From: a virus
Strand: one strand, 5' to 3'
IMG/VR virus record: IMGVR_UViG_3300045988_103585
DNA: 40,036 nt
Shown here: positions 1-6,448 of the stretch, in pieces
How the letters are laid out: each line of letters opens with the position of its first letter
Numbering within the stretch: position 1 is the stretch's first letter
Translations under genes and position numbers: made by a program
Notes under the pieces: model-generated
What the model was told of the DNA's origin: nothing
What the model saw: only the letters and a program-made list of their open reading frames with translations
Database searches by the model: none

Positions 1-119
1 AATGAAAAACCTGTTTGCCCAATACTATTGTACCACATTTCCATAGATTTTTTGTCCGCGGAAAGTCCGCATTTTTCAACGGTTTGCGGGTTTTGCCGAA
101 AAAAGTTTGAAAAAAAAAT
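1..119. repeat. End duplication, copy 1 (identical to 39918..40036)
   Basis: Read directly: aatgaaaaacctgtttgccc...gtttgaaaaaaaaat occurs at both ends of the window. Confidence 0.95.
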
Positions 120-130
120 TAAAAAAGGGG

Positions 131-160
131 TTGACAGCCTACCCGACGGTATGCTATGAT
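131..160 (+). promoter_or_regulatory. Sigma-70-type promoter of the rightward accessory operon
   Basis: TTGACA (131-136), 18-nt spacer, TGcTATGAT extended -10 (152-160). An A-rich UP-like tract lies upstream (about 100-127). Confidence 0.6.
133..158. promoter_or_regulatory. Palindromic operator O1 overlapping the promoter spacer and -10
   Basis: gacagcctacc-CGAC-ggtatgctatg. It shares the 15-mer tacccgacggtatgc with O2 at 399-413. Confidence 0.5.
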
Positions 161-190
161 GTGGACACAACGAAAGAACGGGAGGTGCAA

Positions 191-376
191 ATGGGCAAAA
201 CATCGACAGAAGCAAAAGCCCGTTGGAAAAAAGCCAACTACGCAGAATACCATGTGAATCTGCGAAAAGATACCGACAGCGATTTGATCGCGTTAGTAGA
301 GCGCAGGAAGCACAACGGCGAGAGCACAACGGAAGTATTCCGGGACGCGCTACAAAGACTAAAAAATGAGGGTTGA
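191..376 (+). CDS. Ribbon-helix-helix (Arc/CopG-like) DNA-binding protein
   Basis: ATG at 191 follows GGAGGTG (181-187). The 61-aa protein has a basic N-terminus, a beta-strand-like AEYHVNLRKD and two helices. I trimmed the track ORF 107..376 to this start. Confidence 0.6.
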   Translation: MGKTSTEAKARWKKANYAEYHVNLRKDTDSDLIALVERRKHNGESTTEVFRDALQRLKNEG

Positions 377-391
377 ACAAACCCTCAAAAA

Positions 392-417
392 CATAGCATA
401 CCCGACGGTATGCCGAC
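392..417. promoter_or_regulatory. Palindromic operator O2 between the RHH gene and the J-domain gene
   Basis: catagcatacc-CGAC-ggtatgccgac. Its left arm is the exact reverse complement of the O1 right arm. Confidence 0.45.
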
Positions 418-435
418 CAAGAAAGGAACGGAAAA

Positions 436-930
436 ATGAAGTATTTCAGCAATATCAGAACAATCGAAGAATTAAAGAAACAGTATTTCGCATTAGCGAA
501 GAAATACCACAGCGACATCACCGGCGGCAGCGATGACATCATGAAGCAGATTAACGCAGAATATGCAGATCTTCACAAGAAATATAAGGACATCCACACA
601 AGCCACAAGCCGGAACAGGAAACCTACACCGCGGCAGAATCTACAAGCGAATGCCCGGAGGACTTCATCAACATCGTTTCTGCCCTGTTAAAAATGGGCT
701 TGAACGTCGAGTTATGCGGTCGCTAGTTATGGATCAGCGGAGACACAAAGCCGCGTAAAGACGAACTGAAAGCCCTCGGCTGCAAGTGGTCAGCTAAAAA
801 AGGCATGTGGTCATGGCACTATCCGGAGGACGGAAAGAGATACCACAAGAGAACGTCAAGCATGGAAGAGATCAGAGAAACATACGGAAGCGTCAGCTTC
901 CAGTTTCAGCAGCAGATGCAATTAGCTTAA
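436..930 (+). pseudogene. J-domain-like protein (HSD instead of HPD) interrupted by an in-frame TAG at 724-726
   Basis: Residues IEELKKQYFALAKKYHSDITGG...INAEYADL look like J-domain helices II-III. After the TAG the same frame stays open for 67 codons (LWISGDTKPRKDELKALGCKWSAKKGMWSWH...) to TAA at 928-930, with no start codon near its beginning. Confidence 0.55.
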
Positions 931-979
931 TAAACAGCCCCGCCGGGCGGGCAAAAGCCCGGCAGAAAGCGAGGACAAA

Positions 980-1192
980 ATGAAGTACGCAAGCAAGAAA
1001 ATTAAAGACATTACAACAGGAATCAACATGTTTTCCCTTGGTGAAGGTGATGAATTCTACACAACAATAGAATACATCGACGGCACAAACGAAACGTGGT
1101 TCAATGAAACTGAAGCTGGCGCGATCCGGTTTCACAAAAAAATCGAATCGGAGTATCTGCGAAACAATTTACAGATTACAGCGGCTCACTAG
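980..1192 (+). CDS. Hypothetical protein (70 aa)
   Basis: ATG at 980 preceded by GAGGA. Ends in TAG. Confidence 0.5.
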   Translation: MKYASKKIKDITTGINMFSLGEGDEFYTTIEYIDGTNETWFNETEAGAIRFHKKIESEYLRNNLQITAAH

Positions 1193-1251
1193 CCGCCCCG
1201 TCTGCCGGTACAAGTCCGGCACTGATGAGCATGAGCGAAACGGAGGGAAAA

Positions 1252-1455
1252 ATGAAAATTAGAAGTTTGTACATAACTGCGAGTAGAGCAGTTGCAGCAC
1301 TTGCAAAAAAGTGGGAAGTGAATCCTGCATGGGTATGGGATTTGTTTGAATATGAATTCGGTGTTATAAAAGGCTTAGGCAATCTAGTTTCACAAGATGA
1401 GATCAACAGGGTTGAAAGCATCATTTGTGAAGAAATCATTCATGACAGGGCATGA
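1252..1455 (+). CDS. Hypothetical protein (67 aa)
   Basis: ATG at 1252 preceded by GGAGGG (1242-1247). Trimmed from track ORF 1225..1455. Confidence 0.5.
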   Translation: MKIRSLYITASRAVAALAKKWEVNPAWVWDLFEYEFGVIKGLGNLVSQDEINRVESIICEEIIHDRA

Positions 1456-1469
1456 GAACGGAGGGAAAA

Positions 1470-1679
1470 ATGAAAAAAGTATCAAGCGCGATTACGGTAA
1501 TTCTGATGGTTATTACCATCGCATTAGCTAGCCATGTATGGACGATGCACCATCTGAGCATCGAAACCGACGGCAACGGTGACAGCGCATTTATCACCTG
1601 TGCCGGTCTGACATGGTTCTATGGTATCAACGGCTATGCCATAGATGCAGGCGGCGAAACTGTTGATTTCGTCAAATAA
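1470..1679 (+). CDS. Small membrane or secreted protein (69 aa)
   Basis: ATG at 1470 sits behind the same 20-nt RBS block as the previous gene. N-terminal hydrophobic helix AITVILMVITIALA. Confidence 0.55.
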   Translation: MKKVSSAITVILMVITIALASHVWTMHHLSIETDGNGDSAFITCAGLTWFYGINGYAIDAGGETVDFVK

Positions 1680-1681
1680 AA

Positions 1682-1710
1682 AGCAAGGCATAACACCTTG
1701 CTTTTTTCTT
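1682..1710. terminator. Bidirectional rho-independent terminator between convergent operons
   Basis: agcaagg-cataacac-ccttgct stem-loop, flanked by an A-run upstream and a T-run downstream. Confidence 0.75.
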
Positions 1711-1996
1711 ATAACTCGTTTTTCAGTTCCTCAAGCCTTGCAATCAGCCGGTCAATTTCTTCTGCGGTTTCAATCTTTACGCTTTTTCTCCCGTCCGCAA
1801 AGCCTGCTTCATACTGCTGCCGATCGTACTCCAACGCCTTTATCAGCTCGTCTTTTTCGACATAGATGCCATATTTTCTGACAAATGAATAGACATCGTT
1901 TTCGATCTGTTCTTTTTGCTTGTCTATTCCGTCATAAATGATTCTAATTGGTGACTCATAGCCTAGTTTTTTGAACACTTCTCCTATTCTGTCCAT
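1709..1996 (-). CDS. Hypothetical protein (95 aa); last gene of the early operon
   Basis: ATG with RBS GAAAGGGG. Coiled-coil-like C-terminus. Confidence 0.6.
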   Translation of the reverse strand: MDRIGEVFKKLGYESPIRIIYDGIDKQKEQIENDVYSFVRKYGIYVEKDELIKALEYDRQQYEAGFADGRKSVKIETAEEIDRLIARLEELKNEL

Positions 1997-1997
1997 T

Positions 1998-2426
1998 TTA
2001 TCCCCTTTCTATGCCCTTGTAATCGGCGATTTTACGGAGTTTTTTTCTCAGCTTGCTCAATCGGTCATAGGTTGCAGTTCTGTCGTATCCTAGTGCGCTT
2101 TTGAGGTCTTCGAAGTTCTTCGTTCCCTTCTGCTGCGCGATATACTGGATCATCAGCAGTTCGTCTGCATCTAATGCAGCTGTCAGATTTTTATAGGCGT
2201 TCAGATATTCTTGGTACTCTCTGATTTCCCAGTCGATTTTTTCCCTGCGCTGCGCTTTTTGCACTGTCGGGTCCGATATTCCGCTGCCGCGAACATGGGA
2301 ATAGTCCATGCCGCCAGAATCGGCTGCAGCTTCTTTTTCGGCGATCAGTTCAGCCAGTATTCTGACGTTTTTGTCATAGTCTGATAGGAACCGGTCAACA
2401 TCGAAGTTATAGTATTTTTCTACCAT
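1998..2426 (-). CDS. Late-gene transcriptional activator candidate (ArpU/RinA/DUF1492-like, sigma region-4-type HTH)
   Basis: ATG at 2426 preceded by GAGGAG. The C-terminal LLMIQYIAQQ...ALGYDRTATYDRLSKLRKKL resembles a sigma r4 HTH. It sits at the end of the early genes. Confidence 0.45.
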   Translation of the reverse strand: MVEKYYNFDVDRFLSDYDKNVRILAELIAEKEAAADSGGMDYSHVRGSGISDPTVQKAQRREKIDWEIREYQEYLNAYKNLTAALDADELLMIQYIAQQKGTKNFEDLKSALGYDRTATYDRLSKLRKKLRKIADYKGIERG

Positions 2427-2709
2427 GATTTTTCTCCTCGTATTTTTTCGCAAACAACTGAAACATATCAGACAATCCTTGCTCTATGTCTGCAATGTCA
2501 TATTCAAAATACGCGATTTTTTTCGGATAAGAAAGCGCGGCGGCGGCACCATCTTTTTCTATGCCTATCGCTATTGTCCTTTCATGGGAATCGTCAGTAA
2601 AATATGTCTTTATTCCTCTTTTTTCGCATTCTGATATGAAATCATTTATCAGCTTGTAGAATCGTTCCTTTCTTTCCATGCTTTTTTCGTAAAAATCGTT
2701 TTCAATCAT
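2407..2709 (-). CDS. Hypothetical protein (100 aa)
   Basis: ATG with RBS GAAAGGA. Confidence 0.55.
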   Translation of the reverse strand: MIENDFYEKSMERKERFYKLINDFISECEKRGIKTYFTDDSHERTIAIGIEKDGAAAALSYPKKIAYFEYDIADIEQGLSDMFQLFAKKYEEKNHGRKIL

Positions 2710-2775
2710 ATCAATCCTTTCTACCGGATAATCGGTGATATCGTTCGCGGCTGTAAGCAGTAGCTAGACCACGTG

Positions 2776-2898
2776 CTAGGTTTGCCTTATATTCAGCCTC
2801 TTTTTGCGTTCTTTTTCTGCTGTGAAAATCATGTAATCATCACAGGACGAATGGCAGCCTATTTCCCTGCGTTCGCATCCGTAGCATGGTACATTCAT
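2776..2898 (-). CDS. Cys-rich mini-protein (40 aa; CYGC...GCHSSC motif)
   Basis: ATGA start/stop overlap with the upstream gene (2895-2898). Not in the track because it is under 60 aa. Translated by hand: MNVPCYGCERREIGCHSSCDDYMIFTAEKERKKRLNIRQT. Confidence 0.45.
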   Translation of the reverse strand: MNVPCYGCERREIGCHSSCDDYMIFTAEKERKKRLNIRQT

Positions 2899-3335
2899 TT
2901 TAACTCCTTTATGACTCCTTTGTAGCAAATATCCGGATATTCTCCGCATTCATCGGGCGAAGCTGCGCAGAAGCGGCAGATAGTTTCCGGCGCCAGTTCC
3001 GACAGATCTTTGCACTTTATCCAACCGCGTAGGTAGGTATCTTTGGTCATCAGAAACTTGTCGCACATAGCTGCTACTTGAATAGCTTCGGCAGCTGTGT
3101 TTAGAGCAAAGTTTTTCAGATTTTCAACGCTTTTTCTTGGCTTCTTATCTCTCTTCACGTAGTCCCACATAGTTTGAATGCAATACCCCATTGCTTTTAC
3201 GTTTTCTTCTGTTTCTTCAAGCTCTTCCAGGATCACCGCATAGGCTTCATGGTCCGAATGAAACAGTGGGTATTTTTTGTTTGCTTCTTTCAGTTCTTCG
3301 TCTGCTAACGTTTGGATTTTTGATAATTCAGTCAT
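2895..3335 (-). CDS. MazG-like all-alpha NTP-pyrophosphohydrolase-like protein with a Cys-rich C-terminus
   Basis: SDHEAYAVILEELEETEEN resembles the EExxE metal-binding helix of MazG-like enzymes. RBS AAAGGAG. Confidence 0.35.
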   Translation of the reverse strand: MTELSKIQTLADEELKEANKKYPLFHSDHEAYAVILEELEETEENVKAMGYCIQTMWDYVKRDKKPRKSVENLKNFALNTAAEAIQVAAMCDKFLMTKDTYLRGWIKCKDLSELAPETICRFCAASPDECGEYPDICYKGVIKELK

Positions 3336-3735
3336 CGCTTCTCCTTTCCACTAGTTCCATAATGCAATAATTCGCAAGGTCTAACAATGTATCGTCAATG
3401 GATTCATCAACGTGCTGTTTACCTCCGTTCATTAACGTCTCTAGGCGGTTTAGTTTGTCGTTCAAGCGGATTAAAATTGCGTTCGGATATTTCCCTCGTA
3501 CCAGTGCAAAACTATCGCCGTAATCAGCGTTTTTTGCTTTGTATGTTTCATGCAGCATCTTACAAATGTCGGCATGGACATCTTCCTTGATCGGATCCGA
3601 CCCAAGCGTTTTTACATACTCTGAAAACTCTTCTTCGTCCATCGCGTTGATTCTCTTTATTTCTTCATTCAATTCTTCATCATTCAGCACGGATCCTAAA
3701 AGTTCCCGGACCCAAATTCTTGCAATAAAGCTCAT
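3328..3735 (-). CDS. DUF1599/Nmad1-like (MazG-fold) protein
   Basis: The motif KAKNADYGDSF...ILIRLNDKLNRLETL matches my memory of nucleotide-modification-associated domain 1. Confidence 0.45.
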   Translation of the reverse strand: MSFIARIWVRELLGSVLNDEELNEEIKRINAMDEEEFSEYVKTLGSDPIKEDVHADICKMLHETYKAKNADYGDSFALVRGKYPNAILIRLNDKLNRLETLMNGGKQHVDESIDDTLLDLANYCIMELVERRSDD

Positions 3736-4010
3736 TCCTGCTCACCTGCCTTTACAAAAAACGGGCAATGATGCCAGCAGACGCATTTATTGTCATCGTA
3801 TATTTCCACCAGAACATTTGGAAATAACTTTATATTGAATCTGGCACATTCCATCCCATCCTCTATCGGGCATCCACCGTTTTCAAGCAATTCTGGGAAT
3901 CCATCGTTTTTTCGCTCAATATGATGGATGCATCCGTTATCACAATAGCTATACCTAAATATTTCATACTCTGTTCCGTTGCTGAATGGCTTTGCTCTTT
4001 TATACGTCAT
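3732..4010 (-). CDS. Cys-rich hypothetical protein (92 aa)
   Basis: ATG behind the conserved junction GGTGAGCAGGAATGA. Eight Cys and several His. Confidence 0.6.
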   Translation of the reverse strand: MTYKRAKPFSNGTEYEIFRYSYCDNGCIHHIERKNDGFPELLENGGCPIEDGMECARFNIKLFPNVLVEIYDDNKCVCWHHCPFFVKAGEQE

Positions 4011-4016
4011 TCCTGC

Positions 4017-4238
4017 TCACCTACCCTCTGGCAAATCTTCGATTTTAGCAAACCGTTTATCGCAGTCTGCGCAATATGCGTATTTTCCAACATTCTTATA
4101 TGTCAACCAATCATGGAGTGAACTATTATCCATCTCTTCTCCTGTGGTGTCGTTGTAGAAATGGCCGTATCCTCTTATGTATTGCTTTACATAGTATGAA
4201 GTGCCACCGCAATGCGAACATTTTACAATGTTATCCAT
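4017..4238 (-). CDS. Zinc-ribbon mini-protein (73 aa; CSHCGG...CADCDKRF)
   Basis: ATG at 4238 behind the conserved junction. The track ORF begins at a GTG three codons upstream. Confidence 0.6.
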   Translation of the reverse strand: MDNIVKCSHCGGTSYYVKQYIRGYGHFYNDTTGEEMDNSSLHDWLTYKNVGKYAYCADCDKRFAKIEDLPEGR

Positions 4239-4515
4239 TCTGCTCACCTACCTTGTACTTCGGCATTTCTGCCCATGCGATAACGCCTTCCCAATCGCCA
4301 AGTCCTTCTAAGTAGTATCCCTCGTCCATTACGCATACATCAGTATCAACCCAAGATTTTGTAGCAATCAGGATCTCATCCCCATCGTCTGGCATTTCAC
4401 AATCAAACATGTAGTTAAATGTGTAACCAAACTGCTCAATGCATTCTCTTTTTTCTTCTTCAGTTAATGGTCTTGTTTTAACCTTGTGCCATGTGATTAT
4501 TTCCTTATAGGTCAT
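4231..4515 (-). CDS. Hypothetical acidic protein (94 aa)
   Basis: ATG behind the conserved junction. ATGA overlap with the upstream gene. Confidence 0.6.
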   Translation of the reverse strand: MTYKEIITWHKVKTRPLTEEEKRECIEQFGYTFNYMFDCEMPDDGDEILIATKSWVDTDVCVMDEGYYLEGLGDWEGVIAWAEMPKYKVGEQNG

Positions 4516-4895
4516 TCCTGCTCACGCTCCTTTGCAGCCTCTGTAATTTCAACCATCAATTTTACGATTCTGCCATCCTTCAACGTCCATTCATAGCCAC
4601 TCCGTTTAGCCTTTGCGCATTGCAAGCCACCGAGCAGTTCGCCGACCATGTAATCACGCACAGCATTTATCGCCTCATCTGTGCATTCTGTTTTGTTCTG
4701 CCACATGGTCTTTGCCTTATTCAGCGTGCCTGCGTAAATTCCAAATGCACTTGACCCTACATGATATTCAGCCATTGTGTTCCTCCTTAAGTGCCTCATC
4801 ATCGGCGCAAGGAATGATTTCATTCGTGTCTTTTTTGACAGCCACATTTCGTCCCATTCTGGTGAATTTTTCAATTTGTTTCTTGTAGTGTTCAT
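4512..4895 (-). CDS. Hypothetical protein (127 aa; alternative internal start at 4775 gives 87 aa)
   Basis: ATG at 4895 overlaps the upstream stop (ATGA). A perfect AAGGAGG precedes the internal ATG at 4775 (MAEYHVGSSAFGIYAGT...). Confidence 0.6.
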   Translation of the reverse strand: MNTTRNKLKNSPEWDEMWLSKKTRMKSFLAPMMRHLRRNTMAEYHVGSSAFGIYAGTLNKAKTMWQNKTECTDEAINAVRDYMVGELLGGLQCAKAKRSGYEWTLKDGRIVKLMVEITEAAKEREQE

Positions 4896-5041
4896 AATTC
4901 GTCATCTGCCATCACCTCCAAATCTTCGTCATGTAATCTTTTGCACCGCTCGCATTCCTCATAGCTGTTCCCTCTTTTGCAGAATTCGCACTGCGGCGGA
5001 TCGTACTCATCGAATTTCTCTTTATCACTCCACCAGCTCAT
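4892..5041 (-). CDS. Zinc-ribbon mini-protein (49 aa; CEFC...CERC)
   Basis: Translated by hand: MSWWSDKEKFDEYDPPQCEFCKRGNSYEECERCKRLHDEDLEVMADDEL. It exactly fills the gap between neighbouring genes and has an ATGA overlap downstream. Confidence 0.5.
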   Translation of the reverse strand: MSWWSDKEKFDEYDPPQCEFCKRGNSYEECERCKRLHDEDLEVMADDEL

Positions 5042-5044
5042 TAT

Positions 5045-5242
5045 TTACCTCGCATTTCTTTCATTTTCTCTATTCCTAAACCGCTGCCCGCAGAGCGGGC
5101 AAAACACAAAATCTTCTGCCACCATCTCCGACCGGAAAGCCTGCCCGCATCTTGCACATTCAAAATAGTGTCCGTCCTCGTCTACATTCACAGGCTCCAT
5201 CGGCACTTGGTACTGCATCAACTTATCGGCGTACTTGAACAT
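5045..5242 (-). CDS. Zinc-ribbon mini-protein (65 aa; CARCGQ...CPLCGQ)
   Basis: Cys4 pattern. No obvious RBS at 5242. Confidence 0.5.
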   Translation of the reverse strand: MFKYADKLMQYQVPMEPVNVDEDGHYFECARCGQAFRSEMVAEDFVFCPLCGQRFRNRENERNAR

Positions 5243-5339
5243 GTACTGAATCTAGTACTTTGTAGCCGTATCCCCGCCTCTCTTGATGCTTATCTTTCTG
5301 ATTTCATCAAACCATTTCATTGCCTTTTGCGGTGTCAAA

Positions 5340-6128
5340 TCATTCTTTTTCGGTGTCATTGTAAATCAACCCCTTTGCATACGGCAGCGTTTCAACCCAT
5401 TTACGGAATTCACACCATTCGTCAAGCCTATGGTTGTAGCGAGACTTATAAATGTTCGCCAGAACCTCATAGTTCAGCATTACTGTGCGTTTCTGGTTGT
5501 AAGAACTCGGCAGGAGTTTGATCATCTGCCACCAGTATGTTTTAAGTAATTTGGCTCGTGCACTTTCGTTTTTCATCGGTTTTGTTTTTGTTTCGAGGTA
5601 TTTTTCGCGATAATGATTTAGCCCAGCAATAGTGCTTAAAAGATGCATCATCGGCGTCCATTGAGGTTTCCCGTAGCAAGATGGGGCACAATTCAAAGCC
5701 GAATAAAGTTCAAGTTGTGCTGTAGAAGATTGCAAAAGATGCTCGCACGAGAAATCTTCAACTGTGAATTCCTTATCCGCAATCTTATGCATCGTAGAAC
5801 AGGAATTGGCAACCGTACCAACCTTGTAGGTGTCGAACTCCTTCCACCAGTACAGCGGAGCGGTGATATCCAAATACACGGTAATCATCCGCATGAACTT
5901 GCGGTGATCTGTACCGGCATTTCTAAGTTTCATCATGAGTTTGAGGTCATTTGGACCGATCATATAGTGGGGAATATCACAGTTGATATTGCACTCTGGA
6001 ATCGCTGAACATTTTTTGTCGCCGCAGACGTATCCACTATCACTCTTATCCCAAGAGTTCATCGGATTACGCATGCCTCTGATGGCTGCTTCCCATCCGA
6101 ATACTTCTGTTTTTTCAATCTTAATCAC
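5340..6128 (-). CDS. ThyX-fold (flavin-dependent thymidylate-synthase-like) protein lacking the RHR...S.RY signature
   Basis: GTG start behind GAGGTG. DHRKFMRMITVYLDITAPLYWWKEF and RTVMLNYEVLANIYKSRYNHRLDEW align by eye with ThyX core helices. DTYK...CSTMH replaces RHR...SGRY. Confidence 0.45.
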   Translation of the reverse strand: MIKIEKTEVFGWEAAIRGMRNPMNSWDKSDSGYVCGDKKCSAIPECNINCDIPHYMIGPNDLKLMMKLRNAGTDHRKFMRMITVYLDITAPLYWWKEFDTYKVGTVANSCSTMHKIADKEFTVEDFSCEHLLQSSTAQLELYSALNCAPSCYGKPQWTPMMHLLSTIAGLNHYREKYLETKTKPMKNESARAKLLKTYWWQMIKLLPSSYNQKRTVMLNYEVLANIYKSRYNHRLDEWCEFRKWVETLPYAKGLIYNDTEKE

Positions 6129-6163
6129 ATCTACACCTCAATACCTGTAATTTCCTTTAATTT

Positions 6164-6448
6164 TCATTGTTTACCTCCGTAATTGACCTGCATCCTGTTT
6201 AGGTCTTTGATATCTTCGTAAATCGCCAATATCTCGTCTCTGATTTCCCGAAACGGTATCTTTGCGGCAATTTTCGGCGTTTCTTCAATCTTCCATCTAG
6301 CCCCGTCTTTATGCCGTAGTATTGCAAACTCTTCACCGTCCATTATGTAAATAGTCTGACTGTCTGCAATGCTTTGTACGGCGTAAAAATTGCAGTTGGT
6401 TAAGTATGTGTTCCAGTCACGCCGGCACTTAAATTTATAACGTTTCAT
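6164..6448 (-). CDS. Hypothetical protein (94 aa)
   Basis: ATG with ATGA overlap to the upstream gene. Confidence 0.55.
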   Translation of the reverse strand: MKRYKFKCRRDWNTYLTNCNFYAVQSIADSQTIYIMDGEEFAILRHKDGARWKIEETPKIAAKIPFREIRDEILAIYEDIKDLNRMQVNYGGKQ

